A stretch of DNA of 64,000 nt from Basidiobolus meristosporus CBS 931.73 (GCA_002104905.1 MCFE01000341.1:27672-91671), one strand, 5' to 3'. Counted from the stretch's first letter, positions 38,507 through 51,699 are shown. Numbers and translations are program-made. Notes: generated from the letters alone by a model not told the origin.

Positions 38507-40990
38507 TTGATCAGTGAGCCTTCATCTTCAGAGCAATCCCCCTGTGTGCCATGTTCAGAAGGCTGAGGGAGCCTAAAGGCATCATAAACTCATCTGACTC
38601 AGTGTGCACAGGGTTACAAAGACAGCCAGGCACCAATATAGAAGTATAAACTGGCTGGCAAAATAATGTTGGTACAGTGGCAACTGATGAATGGCCAAGT
38701 ATACCTTGTGTGGCAAAATACTGGCTGTGATCCTTGTAGTACTTCCTATGCTGTCTGTATGCTTCATGGCTGAGAGCCTTGCTACACTAGCCACATAGTC
38801 TTTTATCTCTTCTCTTGCAGCATTGAATCAAAGTAGTCTTATCCATGGGGCAAACAGTTTGACCTTTAACAACATAATGCAATTATATCACTTTTTGGTC
38901 AATACTCATGAGAATTCAGGACAGTCTTGTATTTGAGACATTGCATCAACATGAATGTAAGATTCAATGATGACCCACCATAGCAAGCACTATAAATGAA
39001 GTTGCAGGACCACATACCCACATGTTTGTAACACATTTCCCCTTTGGTTTGACTCACTTCCTTATATGTGACACCAAAAAGTAAAGCAAAGTTTTCTGGT
39101 TCTCAGCCAAATCCCACCACTGACAGCAGCCAAAGAGCAGCTGGACAACAGCTTGCTTTGACATTCAGTGCCACAAGTGGGTCTATATCCCAAAAATGCC
39201 ATGTGGACTTAGCAAACAAGGAACTCAAGTAGCTCCATGTCACAGCCAAGAATTGAGCCATTTCCCAATGTAACAGCAGAGGAGCACTGTACAGTCTTTG
39301 AAGCACAACAGCAGTGCCCAAAGATAATGCCAATAGAAAAACCTATCACAGCATGGGAGACAAATGATGCTGTTAGATGTCTAGCATGCCATCCCCTCTA
39401 GGCCAGTATATCATTGGACCATCAGGAACTTAAGTCTAAGTATAAAGTGCTTGAGTTGTTCCAAGAGCATTATCTTGGACTCAACAATGCTGACAGATTT
39501 TGTGCCAGCATTGGTATGCTAAGATAGTATTTCAATAATAGCAGCAACTATCAAAGGCAGAAGAACAAGGGTGCCATGGCTAAGAACCAGTGGCTTCCTC
39601 AAGAACCAATTACAAGAAGGGCCAAAAGCTCCAAACAAGTATCAAGAGATGTCAGATAGCTGCAAGAGTGCCAATAAAGGACATGCAAGTAGACACAGTT
39701 GCACAAGCATAACATTTATCAAGGAAAAGGAAAAGGACCACTCAAGAGGCACTCAGTCAAAGTAGCAGTGAAGGACCTGGCAGTATTAAAACCAGTGGCT
39801 TTCTCAGCAGCATGTTGCAACTATGGCTGAGAGCTTAAAATAAGCAGTAAAGAAGCATTAAGCTGCCAGCAGAGTGCTAGCAAGGGTCAAGCAGGCCAAA
39901 ACTGATGTGTCAGAGCAGAATTTATGAAGGAGAAAATGTAGCTCATTACAAGAGGCTCTCAGACAAAGTATCATTGAAAGACCAGGCAGTGATAGAGGAA
40001 AAGGTAAAGGAAAAATGTCTACCAAAGCCTGAGACAGGGAAGCATTCAACAAAGACTGCAGCTCTTGCCAATTAATGCCTTAAGCCTGGAGCAGACTGAA
40101 TCCCATCATAGCCAAGAAGAACTACCAACAAGAAAAAAGCTGTTTTTGCAAGAATTGGAAGTGTAGCCAGTAGAGCTATACTCCAGCAAGGTAGATCAGT
40201 TTGCTGAAAAAGGCAATATGTCTACCACAGCCTCCACACACTCCATTGTTGACAGAGTGGAGATCCCACTGACAGACAAGGCTATAATGTCTTGAGCTCA
40301 AGAGACTATCACAATGTCTTCAGTGGAGTTTTAAAATATCAATAGGCACACCTAGAGGTTGCAGCACTTCTTCAAGAGCAGTGCTCAGGCAAATGCACTG
40401 GAATATTGCAAGGATTTATTGCAAAGACTGGCAGATGGGGTGCTATACCTTGCAGTGCCAGCTGAAGACTAGGACATGTGGGAACCAGTGAAGGAATGGT
40501 GGCATAAAGGCACTAGGTTCCCACCCAAGTCATGGAAACAGAGCATTACAGCAGAAATACTTATTGAGTGTGCGGTTGGGCTTAATGTTAGTGTAGGGTA
40601 TAGGGATCTGTACAGGTCAATACAATTGGCCATTGTGGTACAACTAAAGCTGCAACAGAAATGAATCAACTTGTCTACACAAAAAGTAAGAGAAATGGTG
40701 AGTCAAGAAGTAAGAAGTGTGAAAAAGTGGCATTAGCCAATCAACTTACACAAACACAGGAGGTGATCAAGTGTCTGGGATCAGACAGTGAGCAAATTGG
40801 CAGGGAACCAATCAAAAGCCACTTATCAATTGTTGTGATGAAAAATTTTGACTAAATTTTGTGCAAAATCTTGGGTGCAATTATTCTTAGCAGCCTCTGC
40901 AAAGTGTCGTGAAGGGATCATTGGCTCTTAGGCATGGGACTTTAAATCTGTGACAGCCTCTTGACAGGGTCATCATAATCATTTATCATA
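38507..40990 (+). repeat. ORF X family copy (region Y 38507-39190; ORF X ~39210-40680 with stops; 3' flank to ~40990)
   Basis: Colinear with the reverse complement of 24600-26510. RNSSSSMSQPRIEPFPNVTAEEH is shared. Confidence 0.85.
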
Positions 40991-41869
40991 GGGAATCTGT
41001 CAGTATGCTACTCAGGAGAGTACTTGACACTTCTTGATCAGTAGTTTGTATGCCCACAGATATCACTGCAACAACCAACAGTGTAGTTCTAGTAATAAGA
41101 TTTCTCATTTTTTGTGCTAGAAGCATATATGTAGTGAAAATTATTCATCTAACATTGTCTTAGGAGCTGAGGATTACTAGTAAGTGTAGTCAAAAGCTCT
41201 CCTGGCATTCTTTACTATTTTTGCTCTTGAGTATTGATTTAGCAATTCTTCTTTGATATTAAGGCAAATGCAATCAAAGACACTTTGTTCTTTTTTCTGG
41301 TACTTGATCAGAGCTCTCTAAGAATATATCAGTGATGATGAAAGTGACTTGGTAAGATATATATTTAGGTACAATTTTATATCTCAAAACATTTAAACTT
41401 TGTAACTAGTTTTAGAATATTGCTAAAGAGCAAATGCATTGCTCCCAATGGAAACCCTTTGCACCAACGGACTCCCTCTATCTTAGATATCACCAGCTTT
41501 CTATTAGCTTCATAATCTGGCAAGTAGCATATAGCTTGCCTGCTTTGCCTCAATTGCATGCTGACTTCTGTGTGCTCTTCCTGCTGAGAGACAATGTTAT
41601 TTACATTGATGTTTGGACAACAATGATGTGTGTTTTCTTTAGTCAATCCCCTGGATTTCAGATACTTTTCAATATTACTGTGATTGGTATTTTGCTGCTT
41701 TTACTGGCAATTTCTGTAACAAACTGGAGAGTGTTATAGCAGCATTTTAGCCAGCCTTGCATGCCATTCTGCTTGTCTTTGTGTAGTCAACACTTGTTTG
41801 AGTGGTCCTAATGGCCCAATTCATGCAATTGTTACCAGTCTTGGTATAGGAGTTGGCTTGTTGCACTTG

Positions 41870-42341
41870 TTACAAGTCTAGGTATAAGTGTTGTTGAGGA
41901 ATAGGGAGTTTAGCTAGTATTATATTCACAAAAACATGAACTGATTTTTATCAAGGTTCTAGCGGCTCATAATATGCATTTTGCCATATCAATTGCTGAC
42001 TAGTTGTATTTCCTAATGCACGCTGTGGCTGATGACTCACCTGATTGCATCATCATCACCCAATTAGATCCTGCTTAATACATCTATCTTTGTCTGATAA
42101 GGATCTGCTGATTCAACAATGTTACCAGTTGACCTTCACACTAAAGTTGCTCTTGACTGGGTTTTGCTGGCTTTGGGCCATGGCAGTCATTCCTTGTTGC
42201 AGCTGGCTAAGGATGTGGAGTAACTGTGGCTGCTGAGCCAGGAATTGATACATTGCATTCTTCCATTCATGATTTTGGGACATCTGGAGGGGGTCTTCTT
42301 CTTTCTTCAGGAGGGAGGTTTATGTTTATTGCTGCTATCAC
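41870..42341 (-). repeat. G1 LTR fragment (41870-42115) plus degenerate PBS and gag 5' region (42120-42341) abutting the 3' LTR of the next element
   Basis: Matches 61003-61250 and 47810-48019 respectively. Confidence 0.8.
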
Positions 42342-44036
42342 TGTTACAAGTCTTGGTATAAGAGTTTTAGAGGAATAGGGAGTTTAGCTGGTACTGTATT
42401 CACTAAAACCTGAACTGATCTTCATAGTGGTTCTAGCAGCTCCTTATATACATTTTGCCAGAACAACTGCTGACTAATTATATTCCTAATGTAGACTGTA
42501 GCTGATGACTTACTAGATTTCATCATCATCACCCAATAAGATCCTACTTAATATATGCTTCTTTTTCTGCTAAGGATTTGCTAATTCATTTGCTGACTAA
42601 TGCTGCTGATTTGATAGATAATACTGACAAACTGAAAAGCTAAATATATAACCAATTGCTTTGACTAAAAACAATACCACTTAAACATTTAAGCAGTAGA
42701 TCATAGCATTTTCTCTTTCTAAAGTTGAGAGGGTTTCCCTGAATCTCTTTTCTTGTGGTACCAATATCTTGATGTTTCAGTATTATCAGCAGGTCTTGCA
42801 AGCTTGAGTCTGCCTCTATGCACTAAGTCTTCCAGGATATTGCCTTGTTTGTCCACTAGTTGGTAAGTTGCAAATAGACATTCTCTGATGATCTTGAATG
42901 GTTCTGTCCATTTTGGCTCAAACTTCTTTTAAGTGTTGTTTCTTGGCAATACAAAGTTCCCCACTGTCAATGCTTCAGGTGCTATAGTCTTATCAAATCT
43001 CTGCTTCATCTTTTCTGCACTTTGAGATACTTTGATCTGTACCTCTTGATGTCTCTGTTCCAGCTGCTGATGTCTACTTGGCTTACTGAGTTCATCCTCT
43101 AAGGTGTCTATAATCTTTGGTTGTGTGAGATCTCCTGGAATCCTTGGTTCACATTCATACATTAAGTAAAATGGCAACTGTTGGGTGGTATTGTGTACTT
43201 TGACTCTGTATGCAAAGAGTGCTTGGTCTATATACTCATCCCATCTACTGACAACTCAATTTGCATACTTAGTCAGCATTTTTCCAGATCATCCATTAAA
43301 CCATTCACTACATTAGTTCTGGGGTTATATGCCAAGGTTTTCAAGTGTTTGATCTGCTGCATTTCCAGGTAAGCTTCCAATGTCTTTACCATAAAGTTTG
43401 CACCTCTATTGGATAGAATCTCTGCAAGATATCCAAACTTCATAAGGATCTCATTGTAGATGAAACTTTCAACTTCTTGTTCACTTGCTATAGGTACAGC
43501 TTTAGCCACCAGCAATTTGTTGGCATGGTCAATTGCAACTAGGATCCAACGGTTGCATTTCCTGGGAGTTGGTAGTCTTCCAATAAAGTTGATTCCCCAT
43601 CTTTCAAATGGTGTTACTGGCTCCGAGGGAAAGAGATCAGCAATTTTCTGTGGTTAGCCTTTATTGATTTGGCAATTTGGATATGTTTTCACTAGCTTCT
43701 CAATGTCATATTTCATTCTGGGCCACCATGCTCTGGCTTTCACAAGGTTATAGGTTTCTTCAATTCCAAGATGTCCATATCCATTGTGTAGCTTATGTAT
43801 TAAATCCAGGCAAGCAACATAAGGGCCATAGGCAATAGGTCTTCCATTAACATTTTGGTAGAGTGCTTCATCCTGTACTAAAAACTTACTGGCTTTGTCC
43901 CAGATTATCTTCTTGATATCTTCATCTGCCTCATTTGGAATTGCTTGGTCCTTCAAGAACTTTGGTAATAGGCTAGGCCAATTTGATTCATGCACCAAGT
44001 GAATTGTGCTACTTGCTCTAATCTTGATAAAGCATC

Positions 44037-44405
44037 TGTTGCAATTTAAGAAGTGATTTGGATATAAGGAACTTATCAAGAAATAGTGATAATAGTTGAA
44101 CTAATGTTTATTCATAAAGAAGCTCAGTATTTATACCTTTGTAGAAGTAATACAGCTGCAACACTAAGTAGGGAGGGTTTCTCAATATTCAGGAGCATTC
44201 TGTAACAGTTTCAGGGTTAGTACATAATGTTTGGTAATAGTGCTAATTTAATCCTGACTATAGGGGAATAATCATAAGATCATATATCTGGAGAAAGTGG
44301 CAAAGTTAAGGTGGTAAATGAGTCCTACAGTGACTAAGACTAGCCTAGAATTGTTAAGTAAATTTTTAGCTGCTGAATGATACCAAATAGTCCAATATTT
44401 CAACA
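44037..44405 (-). mobile_element. Solo LTR of the young copia family C1
   Basis: 369 bp, TG...CA, TSD GCATC (44032-44036/44406-44410). About 6 differences from the intact C1 LTR. Empty site visible at ~62697. Confidence 0.95.
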
Positions 44406-45095
44406 GCATCAGCAACCATTTTGTTTTTCCCAGGGCAGTAGACAATCTCCAAATCAAATTGCTGAATATATTCACTCCATCTTGTCATTGTTCTAAAGAG
44501 TACCTTCTGAGTAGATATATACTTTAGGGAGGCATGATCTGTCTTCACAGTGCATTTGACTGCTTCAATATAGCACCTCCATGTCTTCAAATAGTGTATT
44601 ATAGCATGCATCTCCTTCTCATGCACTGGATAGTTTTGTTCTGCTGAGTTCAGTTTCTTGGATTCAAAGGCCACTGGGTAGTCCTTTCCCTTGTGTTTGT
44701 GGCTCAACACTCCACCAACTGCATAATCTGAAGCATCTGTACACATAGTAAACTCTTTTCTGAAGTCAGGTATTCATAAGCTTGGCAGCTTAGGAAGTTC
44801 ATTCTTGAGCATCTGGAAGGCAGTCTCACAAGCTATATCCCACTTATAGGTATTTTCTCTCTTGAGGATAATGGTTAAAGGAGCTGCAATACTTGTAACG
44901 GACTTGACAAATCTCCAACAATAGGAAACCATTCCAAGCAATGATCTGAGCTCTCATATGCTATGGGGCTGCTTCAGATTCATGATAACTTCAACCTTCT
45001 TATGGTCTAAAGTCACTCCTGTGCTAGTCACTATGAGTCCCAGATATTCAACATGTTCATTGAAGAATTAACACTTGACTAGCTTGCCATATAGT

Positions 45096-45828
45096 AGACT
45101 TGTTCCATTGGATAGTGCCACATTGAGCCATGAGTGCCAAATGATGCCATAGTGTGCCAGAGAGGCCAGGTGAGCCTATACTTGGCCACAGAGTGTGAAA
45201 CCTAGACCTGCATCTTCATGCAAAGCAGCCGCTGTGTTTCACCTATGATGCAGGAGAAAATCCATTTTTTGAAGTTTTTTTGTGGATCAATATTGTGCAG
45301 GATGTGCAAGTGCACAAAAGGATTGAAGATATACATCTGGCACTCAATACCCATGGCACTCTGAATCTAGCTCCTGTGGCCTGTACCATGTCACAAAAAT
45401 GCATGGCACTATCTTGGTCCACTGGTACTATCCAGCACTACATTTAAATATTAGCCCTAAAGTAAGATCAATACAAAGCACTTATATTGCTGCTTAGTAC
45501 CAGTGGACCAAGATAGTGCCATGCATTTTTGTGACATGTTACAAGCCACAGTAGCTAGACTCAGAGTGCCATGGGTATTGAGTACCAGATCCATATCTTC
45601 AATCCTTTTGTGCACTTGCACATCCTGTGCAACATTTACCTAAAAAAAAGGTCAAAAAATGGATTTTCTCCATCACAATGAGTGAAACACAGGGGCTGCT
45701 TTGCATGAAGATGCAGAGCTGTGCTGCACACTCTGTGGCCAAGTGTAGGCTCACTTGGCCTCCCTGGCACACTATGGCATCATTTGGCACTCATGGCTCA
45801 ATGTGGCACTATCCAATGGAACAAGTCT
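45096..45828. mobile_element. Palindromic MITE copy 4, 733 bp, inserted in G1 RT
   Basis: Same TIRs, TSD AGT. Uninterrupted homologous site at ~63381-63395. Confidence 0.95.
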
Positions 45829-48310
45829 AGTTTGCTCTCTGTAAGCTTCTTCAAGACCTTTTCAGTGTGCACCACATGATCCTCTACTGCCTTGCTGTAT
45901 AACAATATGTCATCTAGGTAGATTATCACAAACTTGCCCAAGTTCTCCTGGAAGACAGTCTGTATCAAGGTGATGAATATTGCATGGGCATTGGTGAGGA
46001 CAAAACTCATGACTAAGTACTTGTAATGTTCATATCTAGTCCTGAGTACTGCCTTAGGGATATCTTCTGGCTTCACCCTAATCTTGTTGTATCTTGACAT
46101 GAGGTCAATCTTGTTGAAAATAGTGGCTCCATTGAGTTGGTCCAAAAGCTCATCAATTCAAGCTGTGATCTAGGGGTACTTATTCTTCACTGTAACTGAG
46201 TTGAGGGCTCTGTAGTCAATGCACATTCTAAGTGCTCCATCCTTCTTCTTCACAAAAAGTACTGGGGCTCCCCAAGGCAACTTGCTGGGTCTGATATATG
46301 CTTGCTCCAGTAACTGATCTATATGTCTCTTCATCTCTTCCAACTCTAAGGGACTCATTCAGTTAGGTGTCTTACTCACTGGAGGGCTATCTCCTGTTTC
46401 AATGGCATGATCCATGTCTCCAACAGGTGGTAGGCTTACAGGCTCATCTAGAAATATGTCTGAATATTCCTTCAAAAGAGCCTGGACCTTCTGGGGTACT
46501 TGAGTAGGGAAATCCTACTGTAATACTGCCATGAGGAGCTTTTGGGTGCCTTTTCTTAGTGCTCTAAAGAACTGTGTCTTGCTAAGTGTACTTGTTACAC
46601 GCACACTGAAATTGACCAAGTAAAAATCCAGTCTGGCAGGTAATAGCTCATAGGTCTTGTTGTTCTTCTGGATCTGAGTAGCATGAGCTCTCCAGTTGAT
46701 TGATAGATTACAACAAAATAGCCAGGTTTTCCCAAGTACAAGGTCAAACTTGCAGTTCCCAAATGTATAGGCCTGTAGATCTTCTTCATAGTCATTGATC
46801 TTCATCCTTACTGGCTGAGTAATACGGTTGATTGTGTGAGAGTTTCCATCAGTTGTGGAGACTGAAGTTGATTTGGTATGCTCCAAGTTGATTCCAGCTT
46901 TCAAAGCAAATTGCTTTGACATGTACACATGAAATGCTCCTGAATCAATCATGATCTTGGCAGGTACTCCATGGATTACTCCATTCAAGTAAAATAGCTT
47001 TCCTGTGTTTGAGGTCATCTGGGATAAGTATTCTTCTGTCATATGAAAGGTGAGCTATGAGTCAGCTGCAAGTTTTTCCTCCATGTTACTATGGTCCAGG
47101 GCTTCAATGTGGTTAATGGTTCTTGATTGCTGGTGTGCATTTCTTCTCTAAGGGCAGTACTTTGCAATATGTCCCTGCTGGTGGCAATTAAAGCAAAGTC
47201 TTTTCTTCTTACATTCTTCTGAGGTAGGATTCTTCTGCATAGTGTCTATTTCCATTGGCATTGCTTCTGATTGTCTTCTTTCATAGTGATTGTAGCCTCT
47301 CTGGTTAGTCATTGTGGGCTTCCCAACTCCAATCATGGCTGAGTTATAGTCAATGGCAATCTTGATTGCTTCTTCAATAGTCAGAGGTCTTTGATAATTC
47401 ACTTCATTACAAGCTCTTTCTCCCAGCCCATCAATAAAGTATTCAACTTGATCCAGAGGGTCATTTCTTACAATTTGTCCAAGAAAACAACTATATTCAT
47501 AGATGTACTCTTGGACCAGTCCTTTCTGTCTGAGTGACTTCAACTTTCTTCTTAGTACTGTCTGTTGGTGTGGGGGCTCAAGGCATCATGAACTTCCAAG
47601 ACAAACTCATTCCAAGTAGAGATTGTAGAGCATCCCATCATGGCGGCTGACATGATCTTGTTGTGGTACCACTGTAAAGCTGCATCTGCCAGGTAAGAGG
47701 CTGGATAATGAAACTTGCTTTCTGGAGCAATTTGCTTTGCCTTGAAACTTCCTGCAATCTAGAAGAGCCAAGTTCCCAGGTTTTATTGACTATACCATGG
47801 CACCAGTTGACCCTCACACTAAAGTTGCTCTTGACTGGGTTTTGCTGGCTTTGAGCCATGGTAGACACTCATTGTTGCTGCTGGCTAAGGATGTGGAGTC
47901 ACTGTGGCTGCTGAGCCAGGAATTGATACATTGCATTCTTCCATTCTTGATTTTTGGACATCTGGAAGGGGGCTTCTTCTTTCTTCAGGAGGGAGGTTTC
48001 TGGTTGTTGCTGCTACCACTGTTACAAGTCTTGGTATAAGACTTACAGAGGTATAAGGAGTATAGCTAGTATTGTATTCACTAAAACTTGAACTGACCTT
48101 ATTGAGGTTCCAGCAGCTCCTTATATACATTTTACCAGATCAATTGCTGACTAACTGTATTTTCTAGTGTAAGCTGTGGCTGATGACTTGCTTGATTGCA
48201 TCATCATCACCCAATAAGATCCTATTTAATATATGTATCTTTGTCTGATAAGGATCTGCTAATTCACTTGCTGACTAATGCTGCTGGTTTGATAGATAAT
48301 ACTGACAAAC

Positions 48311-48677
48311 TTGCAATTTAAGATGTGATTTGGATATAAGGAACTTATCAAGAAATAGTGATAATAGTTGCACTATTGTTTATTAATAAAGAAGCTCAGT
48401 ATTTATACATTTGTAGAAGTAATACAGCTGTAACACTAAGTAAGGAGGGTTTCTCAGTATTCAGGAGCATTCTGTCCCAGTTTCAGGGTCAGTACATAAT
48501 AGTTAGTATTAGTGCTAATTTGATCCTGACTATAGGGGAATAATTATAAGATCATAGATCTGAAGAAACTGGCAAAGTTAGAGCTGTAAATTAGTCTCAC
48601 AGTGACCAAGACTAGTTCAGAGCTGTTAAGTAAGCTTTTAGCTGCAGAATGATATCAAATAGTCTAATATTTCAACA
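48311..48677 (-). repeat. Diverged C1-like LTR fused to the G1 5' LTR; a further G1 LTR piece follows at 48678-48850
   Basis: Similarity to the reverse complement of 51331-51699. The terminal CA is missing at the junction and there is no TSD. Confidence 0.85.
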
Positions 48678-49689
48678 ATAAGATCCTACTTGATAAATCT
48701 GTTTTTGTCTGATAAGGATCTGCTAATTCATTTGCTGACTAATGCTAATGATTTGATATATACTACTGATATATTGATAAGCTAAACATATTACTGATTG
48801 ATTTGACTAAAAATAATCTAACTTAAACACACAAGCGGTAGTTCACATCACACTCAACTTAAATTTGCATTACTTAACTGATTAACTACTAATTGGGCTG
48901 CTAAATTCATTAATGCCAAAGGCATAGGTTTCTCTACTTGCACATCTATCCTCAGTATTTTTTAACTCTTGCTGGCTGTCCTCCATGTGCCAACTCATCA
49001 CATCTATGACAGACTTGAAGGCAATATTATCAGTGAGATTAGGATATGGCAGTACCTACAACTTCACTTCTCTTCCTATCTCCCCACATATCTGCTCCTT
49101 AAAAGACTCTCAAAAGTGCTCCCTCAATAGGAAGAAGAGCTTCAAGATGTTGGTACTTGATAATAATACTGAGTGTGAAATGTAGACCAAATCCATTAGA
49201 TCTCACTCATTTGACAGCAATACCATCCATTATGGCCAGAGAAACTACCTTGCTTGCTGATTGCTAAGGTGCCTTCACTGCAGATAATATCAGGAACTGT
49301 GGCATGATTGCCATTTACCAGCATCCTACTAGATAGCATACAAAGTTCTTCCAGCAATTGACACAGGTGGCCATCCAGGTCAGACAGTATCTTACGCCCA
49401 GCTATTGATGACGTTATGATGGATTTCTGCTCTGCGCCCATAAAGTTGCCAGTGCACTAAGGTGGATGGGAGCTAGTTACCAGCACAATCTACTTGCTGC
49501 GCATTTTTCAGTCAGAATCTCTCAAGCACTGTGACAAAGCCATTGTTACATATGCCTTCAAAGTAACCCTTGCTTGTTAATAGTTTATTATATTTGCCAA
49601 TGGTATCTATTGGAAAGTTTTGCACCTGATTTGTATCTGCACAGATGTGAAACAAGCAAGACAAATGTCCAATATTGTGGGGTCAATCC

Positions 49690-50846
49690 AAACAATAATA
49701 GCATATAGACACTTAGATCTGTGTGTACCTTGAAAGATTTTCCCTCAAGGTGAACAATCCATTTATCAGTTTTAGTGATGATTATGCATAATAGATATAG
49801 GCCTACTTCATGAAAGGAAAGTAACAGCTTTGCCTAAGTTCAAGAAGTTTAAAGTCAAGGTTTAGAGAGGAGCTGGTCAAAAATTCAAGAATAAATACAT
49901 TGGCAATGCTGGACCACATACCTCAAAACTCTTCATCTGCTTCTGCAAGATTCATTAGACAAAGCAAGATGGTATTGCTTCATACTCCCTAAAGCTGAGC
50001 AGAGTAGCAGGATGTTCAAGCAGATCAATAACTGATATAGCAAGATCCATGATCAGAAATTAATCCATTATTTTTAGGTGGAGTTCATTTTGATAAGCAT
50101 CAGTTGTAAAAAGAGCCCCTAATAGCTCTCAGACAAAGCTTTGGAGATCAGCAATGACTGAGGAGTATCAAGCCATCATAGAATATCAAACTTGGGACCT
50201 GGTTGAGTTGTCAACTAATTGGAAATCAATTGTATGCATATAGACCCTGAAGACAAGGTACAAGGTTGATGATAAAATTAACAGAATAATAGCAACTCTG
50301 GTGGCCAAAGGATACTCTCAGATCAAAGGACTGGACTAAACTGTGATCTCTGTACTGGTGTCCATGATTAACTACATCAGACTATTGTGGCAGTACATAT
50401 GAAAGGTAACTGTGATCATCCCAGCCTATGCAGTTACAAAATCAAAATCCCATAACTAAGAGGTATTGATGACAAGAGTGTTGAAAAATTAGACTATTTG
50501 GTATTATTTAGCAACTAAAAACCCACTTAGCTACTCTGGACTAGGCCTAGTATCTGTAGGACTTGTTTGCAGCTCTGACTTTGCCACTCTCCTTCAGATC
50601 TATGATCTTATGATTATCCCCATAAAGTCATGATCAAGTTGGCACTTTTACCAGACACCATGATTTAACCAAGAAGCTGCAACTGTATGCTCCTGAATGT
50701 TAAGAAACTGTCCTTACATGGTATTTTGTTGCGTTACCTCCACAAAGGTATAAATACTCAGTTTCTTTATGAATTAATAGTAGTGGAAACTGTTTTGACT
50801 ATTTCTTCATAAGTCCCTTATATCCAAATCACATCTTAAATTGCAA
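49690..50846 (+). mobile_element. Highly decayed copia integrase/RT fragments followed by a diverged C1-like LTR (50479-50846)
   Basis: Nucleotide similarity to C2 IN/RT (FWRSAMTEEYQA...TWDLV region) and to the C1 LTR. Confidence 0.7.
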
Positions 50847-51150
50847 GTTTGTCAGTATTATCTATCAAACCAGCAGCATTAGTCAGCAAGTGAATTAGCA
50901 GATCCTTATCAGGCAAAGATACATATATTAAGTAGGATCTTATTGGGTGATGATGATGCAATCAAGCAAGTCATCAGCCACAGCTTACACTAGAAAATAC
51001 AGTTAGTCAGCAATTGATCTGGTAAAATGTATATAAGGAGCTGCTGGAACCTCAATAAGGTCAGTTCAAGTTTTAGTGAATACAATACTAGCTAAACTCC
51101 TTATACCTCTGTAAGTCTTATACCAAGACTTGTAACAGTGGTAGCAGCAA
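50815..51150. repeat. Inverted copy (about 99% identical) of 47997-48340
   Basis: The reverse complement matches with about 3 mismatches and includes the C1-LTR/G1-LTR junction and the G1 PBS. Confidence 0.92.
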
Positions 51151-51699
51151 CAACCAGAAAATTATAGGAATGAAAGCTTTGAAAGATGGCAACAGGAAAA
51201 GAAGTTGAGCCCAAAGGAACAGCAGAAGAAGTGAAGAAGTCTCAAAAGAAGGAGAGAATGGCCTTTAATGCTATACATATCAAATGTGTATGATTCCATC
51301 ATTAGGCAACTTCATTCTTCAGACACTGCCTGTTGAAATATTGGACTATTTGGTATCATTCAGCAGCTAAAAATTTACTTAACAATTCTAGGCTAGTCTT
51401 AGTCACTGTAGGACTCATTTACTGCCTTTACTTTGCCACTTTCTCCAGATATATGATCTTATGATTATTCCCCTATAGTCAGGATCAAATTAGCACTATT
51501 ACCAAACATTATGTACTAACCCTGAAACTGTTACAGAATGCTCCTGAATATTGAGAAACCCTCCCTACTTAGTGTTGCAGCTGTATTACTTCTACAAAGG
51601 TATAAATACTGAGCTTCTTTATGAATAAACAACAGTTCAACTATTATCACTATTTCTTGATAAGTTCCTTATATCCAAATCACTTCTTAAATTGCAACA

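Larger units (their letters stand above)
42342..48310 (-). mobile_element. Ty3/gypsy element G1, near full-length but decayed; carries a C1 solo LTR and MITE copy 4
   Basis: 3' LTR 42342-42708 (367 bp), 5' LTR from 48020, PBS TGGTAGCAGC 48009-48018. gag with CFNCHQQGHIAKYC, PR IDSGA, RT YLDD, RH DASDYAVGG and IN fragments, colinear with 61377-64000. Confidence 0.93.

Noticed and set aside
47050-47150. Stop codon just before the G1 protease in two copies, suggesting gag-pol readthrough
   Set aside because: The stops fall at different codons (TCA to TAA at ~35824; GAG to TAG at ~47056), consistent with independent decay.
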